Positions 10,858 through 22,838 of a stretch of DNA of 64,000 bases are shown in pieces. This stretch comes from Lepidodermella squamata (taxonomy: Eukaryota > Animalia > Gastrotricha): positions 1,116,001 through 1,180,000 of the forward strand of contig JBLDXI010000074.1 of assembly GCA_047495785.1 (NCBI GenBank), read 5' to 3'. Every line of letters starts with the position of its first letter. Position 1 is the first letter of the stretch. The notes under the pieces are model-generated. The model ran no database searches, was not told the DNA's origin, and saw only the letters and a program-made list of their open reading frames with translations. The translations under genes and the position numbers were made by a program.

Positions 10858-11405
10858 TGTGAGCCTGTGGTTTCCTGTATTCCTTTAGGTGCCCTTGCGA
10901 TCCTCGCCCTTCTGAGCCCCTCTCGAGCCAGCCCGATTAATATGTAAGCTTACCGTTTAATGAATTGATCTCTGCCTTGCCTTACAGAGCCCTGAGCCTG
11001 AGCCTGAGTCGTCATGAGCCTGACCTTGAGCCTTGAGCCTTTCGGAACCTGAGCCTTGTCTGATGAGCTGGAACAGCCCTGCCTGTAAGCCCTTAATTAT
11101 TGCCGTTAACCACATTCGATAATTTTCAGCCCTACTCAATTTGCGCAACGAGCCCGAACCCTCGATCGACTTTTCTACCTTTCTACAAAAACGCACAAAA
11201 AGCCAACAAAAATCGACAAAAACTAAAATACAAAAATAAAATAATAACATAAAACTCGAAATTATGAACTGCCTATGATAATGTTCAATTTATAAATGCT
11301 ACGAGCCCTAGATAGCATGGGGGCAATATATTTTCATGCTCTAATGTCATTCATATGTGCCTATAGCGCCGGCCGGCGGAGGGCCTATATAAATAAAACT
11401 ACGAC
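9320..11405 (+). mobile_element. 5'-truncated non-LTR retrotransposon (LINE); 5' boundary approximate
   Basis: RT ORF to 10857, no endonuclease domain. The 3' UTR has GAGCC repeats and an A-rich tract, and ends in a GC-rich stretch plus AATAAAACTAC. No target-site duplication (TSD) found. Confidence 0.8.
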
Positions 11406-11554
11406 ATGCTAACGGGATGGGTAGAATGCAGAGAGCTTTTGTTGCTGATGACAGGGACTTCTTTCGTCCGCGTGAAAACGGCGGTTGCCCTCGTAGATCG
11501 TCGACTGCACCGACCCATCAGCTGGTTTAAATGTTACGTCGTAACACCGATGCA

Positions 11555-12110
11555 GCAAGTATATCCTTCAAGAAACATCAATAGTGGGCAACCCGTTTCC
11601 ATGAATTGATAAGATACAAGGTCAGACGCCTGGTCGATGTCTATTTTTCGGTAACCAACGATCACTGCAACGCTGGAAAGCAGCCTCGTTAGCGAGACAA
11701 AAACATCATAGGTATGCGCAACTGCTACAGCTGATTGCCGCAACTAATTTCTATGTTCTTCTTTCGTTACAGGAGACAAGCGTGCAAGATGCGTTAGACG
11801 ATCAATTGGTGAGTGAATTAGCAACCGAAAAAATTATAAAGGACACCAAGCTTTACTGAATGGCTGTTCTTCCATTTAGAGCTTCCCATCGAAGCATTCA
11901 AGCTCTATTTGTTTGCAAGTTGCAGCTATTGTTCTTTTAATTTATAGGTCACAATCGCAAGAGTCGACACAATCCCGGCGTCACTGCGAGGTTCATAGTA
12001 GTTGAAAGTCCTTTGGATTATCAGCTCCAGAGTGAATTAAGACCAGAAACAATGGTATTGGGTCAATTAGCTTCCAGCTTTCTTTCTCCGTCAAAAATAC
12101 GACGATTTCA
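11555..12110. repeat. Diverged inverted repeat, partner ~18950-19370
   Basis: Shared blocks in reverse complement, e.g. GCTTCCCATCGA, TAGGTCACAATC, AATCCCGGCGTCACT, AATTAAGACCAGAAACAATGG, CAAGTATATCCTTC. Confidence 0.75.
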
Positions 12111-12653
12111 TCAGACAAGTAATTGATCTTCTTTTAAACCTATCTTCCTCAACAAGATTTAGAACATTCATTCGACAAATAAACAACAGTCGTGGATTTT
12201 TTTGCATTTCTATGTTCTGTGTTTTCACATGACTATGAAAGCGCTCTTCAGGCTGTTAAATCAAGTGAACCCTAGCACCATAGCATTTCCTGGCAGCAGC
12301 CTTTTACTTATTATTAACACACATCATGAGAAAAATTAAATATACGTCGCGCCAATTTTATTGCAACTTTTCACATGAAAACTCCCTTGATCAGAAGAAA
12401 ACAAGGAGAGTTATGCTATGCAGTTGTTTCAAAAGGATGATAAGATTTCGTGAGCAGGAATTCGTCCTTAGAAAGCTTATAAAAACATGTAATAAAGCAA
12501 TGGTGGAAGATACGAGTGGGACTTGAATGACCCAGTCCGTAAATTTTCATGCATTATAGTGCGAATACTCTGAACTGCTCAAGAATTCTCATTGGCTGTA
12601 CATAATAGTGATTTGAACAATCCGCTACTAACATGTTACTTGATATGGCTAGT

Positions 12654-13519
12654 TTACTGGGTGGTGGAGATGCACTTCTCGAGGGTGAGGCCGTAGGCGG
12701 AAACTGAGCCCCACGTGTTGACGTTGGCGACAGACGGCGAGGCGGCGTTGGTGCCGCCGAAGATGCCAGCGCAGCAAGTGGCGAACGACGTGTAGGTGTA
12801 CGTGTTGGCTGGGGCAGCAGTGAACTACACATATTATGGGAACAGATATATAAGATCGAGCCCCAATAAAGAGACATTTCTTTCCTTACCAGAGTGGTGC
12901 CGGTGATGAGGGCATCAGTGCCAGAAGACGTGTATGGGAAGCGGGTGCAGTAGCCCTGCTTGGTGTTGGCCGGCGATGCGGGCGTGGCGACCTTGTACGG
13001 CAGGGCGTCGGGGCCGGCGATGCACGCCAGAGTCGGGTTCGTCGGCGAGGTTTGTGGGATGTACTCGTAGCGGATGTTCGCCGCCGTGGTCGTCGTCGCA
13101 GCGCAGCAGTCACTGAACGCCGTGTAGCTGTTAGGAGTGGTTGTTTGTTGCTGTTTTTACAGGTATGGGGATAGTGAATTATTTCAGTGATGAATGAGAA
13201 ATTGACTTACCGCTGAACCAGTGGTGAGGGCCGCCGTGCACGTAGCGCCGCTGGCGAGGCAGTACTTGACGTTGCTCTGTGTGATGCCGGTGCCGCCCTG
13301 TGTCGTCGCGATGACGCACAGCTGGTACGTGATCGTGGTCAGGCAGCTCTTTGTCGAGTCGGTGCACGCCTGAGCAGACGTGACGCATGTGTTTCCGGAC
13401 GTGCAAGTTGTGGAGCCCGAAGCAGTGGTTGGGCATGGCGTGGAGGTTGTCGACGCAGGGCACGCATCGACGGCCGCAAATGCGACGGCGAGCACAGCCA
13501 TGTACTTGAGGAATGCCAT
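12654..13519 (-). CDS. Secreted Thr/Ala/Cys-rich protein, copy 2
   Basis: Reverse complement of 7866-8731, apparently identical including introns. Confidence 0.9.
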
Positions 13520-15305
13520 CCTTTGACAGATGAGGTGTTATCTAAGGTGTTAGAGAAAGTGAATAGATGACTTTGTTGCGTGTCAGAGGAAGTCTTATAC
13601 CTGAATCTGAGCATGTCTGCCGCCATCTCGCTCCAGATGCAGAAATCTGCTGAATTCAAGGGACAGTGTAGAGTCGAAGATCTACGAGAGCAGCCGCAGT
13701 TTTCACGCTCAATGAAGGACGCTCCGTAATTCGCAGCAAAAGCTTTCAGTGATTTACCGAAACCTTGACAACGGTTGGTCATGCTGTCATCATAATTTAT
13801 TCCAAGGGATACGGCAAGTTCGAAGGCCAACCAGAACCAGACACGACATTTTTGACCAGCTTTTTCACGAAATGCTCTAGGACGTGTATTGGTTGCTTGG
13901 AGTCCCCGAACTGCTAGCAGTTGCCACTGTCAGGTCACCCTATCTTTGATGAAGCAACCTAGCTCATTTCAATAAATCAAACGCTTGCTGAGTGTTGCCT
14001 AGATGAATGACCTAACCCCGCGGGAGATTCAGCTAGACTTTTCGAAGGATTGTGCCAAGCTAGAAGATGATACAATTGAGCCATAAAAAAGTTTCAAGTG
14101 AATACGGTACTTGTTGAACTTTTAGACGTGACATGTCAGAGAAGACCGAGTTCCCATTGAGTAAATCTGGACAGCCGTTCTATTGAAGACGATCTCCAGC
14201 GCCGTACATCCCGCCAGAACAGCCGCGCTATCACGGGCTGTTTTCGATAAAATGTCGATACAGAACCGATACGACTTGTGTTTCGCCTTGTCAAGCTTTT
14301 TGATTGTGTGATTGCAACTCGGCATACCACGAATATGGTAAATCACAAAAATACGACATTGAAATTGAAATTCGTGTATCCTATTCTTCAAGGCAGAAAC
14401 AATGCTGTGACCTATTTAACCAGTTTCCATTGTTATTTGGTCTTGATTCACTCTCATCTTATGGATAAAGCAGACTTTTCTTTTACTGGCTTTGTCTACT
14501 CAGAAGGTAGACAATAATGACCTACAAATTACGAGAACAATTGTTGCAAATTGTTGATTATTTAGTGTTGATAATGCAGTGATAACCATTATTATAAAAA
14601 TTATTATAAAAATATTCTCGCTTTGATCGCTGATTTCAATTTAGAATCTTTCAATACTTTTCGATCGACACTATTATTTGTGACCTAGCTAATTGTCTGT
14701 TCGGCAATTTTAACACCAAGTTATATTGAAATACCTAATGAATTTGATATTGGAACTGAGCTATTCCATAGTTAATACATTTTTCGTCCTAGTAAAGCCG
14801 TCAGTTGCATCTTTTGTGTTAGGCAGAAAGCTTTTTCGTTGAATTTTGGCTAATGCCCGGCATTCTATTTTCACTGCCGACACTAAAATTGTCTATTTTC
14901 ACAATTTTTGACGCACAAAAACCCAAATTTAAAACCAATCTCATGCTGAAAAGTGCTTCATACTTTGGATTTTAGCTAGTAACATCTCCGTATGCCTAGC
15001 ATCCTACATCTTTTTCTATGTAGAATTCAGTGGCGTGCAATTGAGACCGCAAGAAAAGAAATACAAACTCGGTGGTGCGGTGATTCACAATGGAAAAACT
15101 ATTGTGTATGAACTCCTTTGAGTATATCGCAAGTGTTGAGGAATTGCATCTAAGTATCTGTTTAGCACGATTATCATTTCATACCGGATATTTATTTTTA
15201 ACATTATGTATCCGATCACAGGTTTGGGGATTCTCCAGCATCAAGCAATTTCTTGTTGTTTTCAAATTTGATAATTCAAATAAAATTTCTGAATGGTAAA
15301 TTATC

Positions 15306-15614
15306 GGGGAAAACTTTTTTCATCCGACCAATGTCTTTTTTTATCCGACCAATGTCTTATGTCATCCGACAACCAAAAATGTGACTAAAACCAGCCGACT
15401 TGCTTTTTCATATTTTCAAAAAATTACAGTAAAAAAGTGACAACTCGGATCGACATTGATCTTTCACCATAAAATTCCGCCGGTTCAGGGGCCGAAATAG
15501 GGTGCATGAAAGGGGTCTGCCCCTACGGAAAAATCGAACTTGGGAAAATCGAGAAAATCGATATTTTCATGTCGGATGAAATAAGACATTGGTCGGATAA
15601 AAAAAGTCACACCC
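15306..15614. mobile_element. MITE with 8-bp TSD (Merlin/hAT/MULE-type; superfamily uncertain)
   Basis: TSD AAATTATC at 15298-15305 and 15615-15622. Termini GGG...CCC. Inverted ATCCGACCAATGTCTT / AAGACATTGGTCGGAT repeats. Confidence 0.8.
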
Positions 15615-15941
15615 AAATTATCCATTTTGATTCACTGCCTTGGCTCGCATTTAGCAAAGGATGCGTTGGATAGTTTAGCATCATTATGAATCATTTTCTC
15701 GCTGGTAGTATGTAATGCGGTATATTCAACTTTTGACTTCATGTGTCAATACAATGCCGATGACGCCGTTGCCCCTTGGCATGGAAGAAACGCACCTGCA
15801 TTTCTGCAAATAAAGGGACCGCGCTTAGTTTTTTCCGCATGTATTAACGTCAAGAGCGCTAAACGCCGCCCTGGTAATTACTCATAGGGAATTCATGTGA
15901 GCAGGTGCTAATACCATCGCGAAATTTTATATAAAAAAAGG

Positions 15942-17243
15942 ATGAAAATTGTTTGTTCACACGAAAGATCTTTCTCGATTTCAATAAAAGCAAGACGGAA
16001 TCACTCCGATTCTATCAGTTCCATAAGACTGCTAGTGATAAGTCTTTTGCCGCTATTAACGGAAGGCTATATACCGCCTGAAGAAGCGTTGCGATTGTCT
16101 TTGATCGAGAACTGCAATATTCGTGCAAATTCAAGGCCAGTATTCAACGCAAGAGATCCTGTTAGAGCTACAGCTACTTTTGATGCCCATTACCTCGGCG
16201 CAATAAATGACCGCGATCAAACGTCAGTTTTTACTAATAAATCTAACATATTTCTCATAGAATTTCCAAAATAGCTTCAGCGTTTTCGCGGCTTTGAACG
16301 TCAACTGGAAGCATGTCTGCGTCGAAGCGTTCAACTGGTCAAGTAAGCCCGAGTTCGCAGGGATATCAATTTTGAATGAAAAAAGCAAGTATGTTTGGAT
16401 GCCGCCTATTTATCTAATCAATGCAGCTGAAGAGTTTGAGCTGACAAAATTCAATCCACTCTCAAGCTACCGACCAAGCGGTTTGATAGCGAACACTTTT
16501 CCCGGTCATTTCACCAGCTTTTGTGACATTGAGCAAGGATTAGACCTTGAAATGATAAGCCAACTAAGATTTGATTTTACAGCTTCTTCAAGTTCCCATT
16601 TGACACTCAAACTTGTGGATTCGTAATAGAGCCGTACATATACGATGCGGTTTTCGACGTGATCCTAGATCCAGAAGCAACAGACCTTATCCGCATTAAT
16701 CCGTCCACATTCAATAAGCAGGCAAATTTGTGGATATTTATCGCTGCAACTGCGCGGAATAAGAGTGTCACCTACCCAGGCTACGTCAATTATCACTGGT
16801 CTCACCTTGAGTTTCTCTTCACCTTCAGACGCCGATACGAGTACTATGCATGCTCGATTTTTTTGCCATCTTTTGCGCTGTTGCTACTTCAAGCTCTTGC
16901 GGGCCTACTGCCGCCTGACGATACGGCTAGGCCTTCTTTCAACATTACAGTCGTCCTTGCATTCAGTGTTCTCCAGTCTATGGTTTATGGCCAAATTCCC
17001 CAGACGTCGGACACTCCTCTGATAGTCTACTTCATCCTAACTCAACTGTGCACCAGCGTTTTGTTCTGTTGTTATAATCTAGTCTCGTGTTTCTTGGCTC
17101 AACTTGTGTGCGGTAGGGAATGTCTGGTCTTCAAGAAGTACAAAGTCAGCCTTATAAGGCTGATTGATATATTAACACACGTCTTTCTACTCTTTATGAA
17201 TATTGTTCTTAATGTTGTGGTAATTTCCCTTATGACGTCGTGA
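15942..17243 (+). CDS. Divergent Cys-loop (pentameric) ligand-gated ion channel subunit, nAChR/5-HT3-like fold; introns 16223-16274 and 16533-16582 (GC-AG); start codon uncertain
   Basis: SRPV, VWMPPIYLIN, spliced Cys-loop CDIDFFKFPFDTQTC (C-x13-C), FTFRRR pre-M1, four hydrophobic helices, IPQTSDTPLI M2-M3 loop. Confidence 0.9.
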
Positions 17244-17439
17244 TTCTTCGGCTAATAAAACGATAATTTTATGTGCAAACTTGTCCCAGCCGTGGATCAA
17301 ACCTGCGGTGTGCTATTTTACGTATCCTGCCGAACCCATTCACGTTTTGTCAGCAAATGTTTTGAAAGAATAGAAAAATAGAAAGGAGAGAAGAAACAAG
17401 GTAGCAAAACTCAGTATACCTATGGTGATCGGTGAGGAT

Positions 17440-17790
17440 TAAAATTATCATCTAGAACTAGATGGAAAATTATTGGAGAAAGTTAACTACATCTTTCCAA
17501 TATTTAGGTGTTATCATCACATCAGATGGTAAAATGGACGATGATTATATACCTAACATCGATACCAGATAAGATCTGTGAAGTTTTGCAATTAAGTAAA
17601 ATAAGCGAAAAACACAAACGGAAATATTTCGGTCACATTATTCGCCAAGATGAGCATGACACGGAAAGTCTCACGAATATTATGTATTATTGGAAAGCGG
17701 TCGAGTTGGTCGACCCGAGTTGCCACGCGGTAAGCCGCCAAACCCGATGGACCGATAGTCTGAAGGGAGGACGTAAATAAAACTTATTTA
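17440..17790 (+). pseudogene. Decayed 3' fragment of an RTE-like LINE
   Basis: Frameshifted LDGKLLEKV / YLGVIITSDG and KYFGHIIRQ...RQTRWTDSLK, typical of the post-RT region of RTE-clade elements. Confidence 0.6.
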
Positions 17791-18188
17791 TTTTGGTCAG
17801 AGACTATAATAAACCAGGTTCATTGTTCCAATGAATTTCCGATCATGAAATGGACTGAAAAATAGTGAAATAGAAGTTCGATGGAGATGGATGCAATTTT
17901 TAGTTTCTCACAATTCAAAGTGTAATTTGGGACCAATGAAATAACTTTTAGTTGACGTCATCGTCTTAACATGCAAAAAACTCGTCTGCTAGCGTCATTG
18001 CAGTGCAAATAAAGAGGACCGCGCTAAGTTCGCAAGTAATGACGGCATGGATGACTAATATTGCGCTTGTCGATCGCTGCGTAAGAGCAGGTGATAACTT
18101 CTATTTAATAATTGGACTGCGACGCATTAGATCAACCACAATACCATATTGCAATAACACTATTTTTTCACGGAAAACTCGTCAAAAG

Positions 18189-18484
18189 ATGAACAACCTA
18201 TTCCTCCTCATCATCATCGTCATTGCTGCATTGGTTAGTTTCTGATTTTATACTCCGATAATTTGATGGTTAACGTTGGTATATTACAGATCTCCTCCTT
18301 AGCAGCTGAGCCGGCACATGAAATTGAACCTGATAGCATTAACCGCCATTCTGAAGAAGAAATCTTCGAGAGGATAGCTAACTATCGCACAAATTATCCC
18401 AGAATTCTGAGCTCTGCGAGAACGGTTGATCGCGAAGAGTACTTCGAAAGGCTGACAAATGATCAAATTTCTCCCAAGCCTTGA
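18189..18484 (+). CDS. Small secreted protein, 79 aa, copy 2
   Basis: Inverted paralog of 4207-4502 with a few amino-acid changes. Confidence 0.65.
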
Positions 18485-19809
18485 CGCGTTTAAGCATCTC
18501 TGACTATAAACACGGCTAGCATCGATGATTGATATTCTATATTCAACAAATTTAGATTACCTAATACGAAATAAATTAATGCGAAATCATGTCAATTTTT
18601 TTTGAAGGCTTATAACAGCAGGTCTTTCATACGAAAGTTTGCCATCCCAGCGCTACAACTTTTCCAAAAGATCGATTCGAGTGAATACGGCTTCTTTTAC
18701 CGTGAAATAAGCTGCATGACAAGTATTAGGCGAAACGAAAACGAAAAAGAAAAGCTGTTCATTCTGTCATTTCTTCCCACGTGAAATAATCAAATACACA
18801 CAAGTACAGACAAATATTCAGGTCGGAAGGGAATAAAGAATTGGGCACACTACAGCAAGGCGCTTGGCTATTACGGCAGGACGCCGCTCGTGATTTCGGA
18901 CCCCCTACCCAGGCTGGTCGAAAACAAACGAATCATTTACGTCGTCAATTTTGAAGTCTTTCTGCCGGAGAAACAAACCTGCAAGCTAATTGGCCAATTC
19001 CCATTGTTTCTGGTCTTAATTCTCTGTGCAGCTGATAATGCAAAGGACTGCTGTGAATCTCATAGTGACGCCGGGATTACGTCGACTTTTGTGATTGTGA
19101 CCTACAAATTAAATAAACAATAGCTACAACCTGCAAACAAATCTTAAAGTGTTAATTTGAATGCCTCGATGGGAAGCTCTAAAAGCAAAAGAACAACCAT
19201 GTAGTAAAGTCTGTTTTCAGCAAGCATTGCCATGATCGTTGGTATAACTTCTGAGACCATAGAATAGACATCGCCTGTCAGACGTTAGATGTTCTGATCA
19301 ATTCATTTGAGCGGTTTTCTCGCAACCGGTTTAACTCGAAGGATATACTTGCTGTATCAATGTTAAAACGCAACTTTTTTAAATTTTATTTTTTTAATCA
19401 TCCCAAGGCCAATTTTGCAGAAGTGATTTGGCAGTGATTTCAATTCAACTTGCTCTTAACATCATTTAGCAACTGCGTGAAATGTTACAACCACGCTTTA
19501 CATTTATTCGCCTATTTAATTCAGGAATGTAGCAGGAAATTTAACTTGACACCATACCGTAAATGTTAAAATGAAAGTTCAATGCGTACCAACAGTGGTT
19601 TCAGAATCAATCGGGCCTCATATCATTTTAAATTCTGGGAATTAAATAAAATTAGGCACCGGCTATTACTTCAACATTTACGGAATGTGGATGATAGGAG
19701 TTAATGCTACAGTTCTTATGCCATTTCCCCACAGTTGAATTATGTTAGTGATAGCAGAGTTGTGCGACCAAACAGGATTACTACGTGGTGGTTTCCTGGT
19801 GTTGTCGAT

Positions 19810-20674
19810 TTACTGGGTGGTGGAGATGCACTTATCGAGGGTGAGGCCGTAGGCGGACACGGTGCCCCACGTATTGACGTTGGCGACAGACGGCGAGGCA
19901 GCGTTGGTGCCGCCAAAGATGCCGTTGCAACAGCCGGCGAACGTTGAGTAAGTGTAGGTATTGGCCGGGGCGGCGGTGAACTTGAAGACGTAAACAAATA
20001 GGTAAGTAAGTCCCATAAGTAAGTTTGCTTCTCTTCATACCAAGGTAGTGCCGGTGATGAGGGCATCAGTGCCAGACGACGTGTGGGGGAAGCGGGTGCA
20101 GTAGCCCTGCTTGGTGTTGGCCGGCGATGCGGGGGTGGCGACCTTGTACGGCGTGGAGTCGAGCGCCCCGACGCAAGCCAAAGTCGGGTTCGTCGGCGAG
20201 GTGAGTGGGATGTACTCGTAAATGATGTTCGCCGCGGTGGTCGTCGTCGCGGCGCAGCAGTCGCTGAAAGCCGTGTAGCTGTTCGGTGACGTGCTTACTT
20301 GCTGTACCGGATAATAGAAATGATTCAAAAATTCAATGAGACAGCTGATTTTAAAGTTGACTCACCGCTGAGCCAGTGGTGAGGGCCGCCGTGCACGTGG
20401 CGCCGCTGGCGAGGCAGTACTTGACGTTGCTCTGTGTGATGCCGGTGCCGCCCTGCGTCGTCGCGATGACGCACAGCTGGTACGTGATCGTGGTCAGGCA
20501 GCTCTTTGTCGAGTCGGTGCACGCCTGAGCAGACGTGACGCATGTGTTTCCGGACGTGCAAGTTGTTGAGCCCGAAGCAGTGGTTGGGCATGGCGTGGAG
20601 GTTGTCGACGCAGGGCACGCATCGACGGCCGCAAATGCGACGGCGAGCATAGCCAAGTACTTGAGGAAAGCCAT
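19810..20674 (-). CDS. Secreted Thr/Ala/Cys-rich protein, copy 3 (3 exons)
   Basis: Same exon structure and Cys pattern. Exon 1 is almost identical to copies 1/2; exons 2-3 and introns are diverged. Confidence 0.9.
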
Positions 20675-22838
20675 CTTGTAATAAGAGTAATGAGTTGAGA
20701 AGAGTAGAGTAGAGTATAAAATTGATTTGACGATTAGTTTGGGTTTCGCCGCAGATTTGTAGCTATTTTCGATGCCGTCATTCGCCGAATTTCTGCCAAG
20801 GTGGCAGAATCTGAACCTTCAGGCAGACCCATTCATTCCAATGCTCGAGTTGTTCTCCAAATTAGTCTAGGTCGCAATATCTGACAGCGCCAAGTACGCG
20901 CCAAGTAGTTGGGCCCTACCTAATTGTCAGGGTAGACACGAGGCGGCGCGTTGCAGCTGTAGCCTGAAACAAAAAGCAGCTGTCACCTTCAAGGCTTTAC
21001 TATCCGTTTCCATTCGGTAAATTTGGCAGATCTAAAAGCCTTGGCAGTTCCAGATAACGATTTTTATTTCTTGGAATGAAAATTCATCGTCTCTCGGCTT
21101 ATATGGCCGGGTCGGCTGAGGCCGTTTAAGAGAATTCGGTAGATTTGAAGCTGGTTCAGGCATATGTGGCAGGCATATGTGGCTGCCAGTGCTATGGCTG
21201 TCAGGCAGAGAACAACTCGTTTATAGAGTGGGATAGAGACATTGTTTTTAACCAAGCCAGACTGTCAAGTAATAGTGGAGTCTTTAAGTCCGATAGGCGT
21301 CGTAGAAATGATTTGTTAGACAGCTTGGCTCACTTCGAGAACCGTTGATTTTTGGCATCACTGAACTACATGATTTAGCAGTTCAGAATAACCGAAGCAA
21401 GGTAAACGTGTCAATAGCGTCTATCCGCGATGTTACAGTCGGTTTGATTCAGCCCTAACGCGAAAATGCTGAGATGGTAATGCGACAAGCCATGGGGAAC
21501 ACTCAACACGCCCTGCCTCGAAGGCTAATTTTACGAATTTCGAAATCAGAGAGGACAAAAGACTGTTCGTTGTCTGCAAGTGTAGTGCGACGACTGAATC
21601 ATTTGACTGTATCTCCAGTGGTTTTGTTGATGACAGGACGGCAGAGTTAAACTTTAAGTTTAAGACTTGGCAAAAGTTGTTAAGGGGTCAGTATGATTGA
21701 CTAAACATTGGCGATGTGATTTGTGAACAGACCTCCGTTATGCAGCAAGGCTGAAGCACCAGACATTCGCTCCGATGACATCAATTAGCGTGATCGCATA
21801 GTTGTTTCCAGATAATACGGCGCATTGTTGTTTTAAGTCGTAGCCAACCGATTTGCGGTTCCGGCCGTGGTCATATGCTGTTGTAGGCATACAATTAGTG
21901 TCTTCCCTGGGAATGAAGGACGTCAGGAAGAGCTTTATAGTTGGATTTCCAAGTCGGAGAAGTCTTGTGTGGTCGTATCCTGTAGGCATTCCTTGGAATC
22001 ATCTCATTGGTCGACTCTGGTTAGACAATCCGTCTGGGCGATGCTCCAGCAAGCGCTAAGCGTAACTCGTGTGTTGAATCGAATCTGAATCCCTTTAGAT
22101 CCCAGCAGCCAATCGCTCCATCTGAATTGTGAACCTCGCTGGTCAGAGGATGGAATTTCTTTCCAGCTATTGCGGTAATTGAAGAGGCTATGCAGATTTT
22201 AGGTCAGCTAGGACCTTGTGTTCGTCTGCCGAGCCGAAAATCATGCGATAGTTTTTGTGGGCGGTTTTTAGGGGTAAAGTAGAGCCGAAATCCTACTGAT
22301 ATCTTGAAAGGTCCATACCTCTAACTTGAAATGCTGTCGAAACTTCCTACAAGAGCAGCTGAAAAATTGGTTAAGATAGCGCGGGAGTTGTCTATTCAAG
22401 TGAATACGGCTTGTTCACTTGTGAATCTGGCGCAAGACAGCCCGAAGTTTGCTCGAGAATTGACTCAAGCCATTCTTCCTGATCTCGGGACTAGCTGCTT
22501 GATTCAGGACTGTCTTTTGTCTAAGAGTATTTCTGTTAGGAATTAGGAACAATGCTGTGACCTATTTAACTAGTTTCCATTATTTCCCTGTCCACTAACA
22601 AGTAGATAACGCAGAATTCAACGCGTCTCGCTCACTCAATTTGCGATTGTGACCTACAAATAATTATTATGCGAACAATTAAGAAACAAAGCCTTCAGAA
22701 TCTTTGTGTTATGCAGCGCAATTTTTGTTTCTCTCGTAATATGGATTGCGTTGGGGAAATGGCTCGCGCTCACTTCCTAATCATCGCTGAATTTCAGCCC
22801 ATTATCATTTTCAGCAACTTCATTTCGAACACAAAATA

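Noticed and set aside
11058-11082. Hammerhead ribozyme in the LINE 3' UTR (CTGATGA-GCTG-GAA-CAGC)
   Set aside because: The required GAAA after stem II is absent (CCT). The CTGATGAG..CGAAT in the TIRs likewise lacks GAAA and stems I/III.
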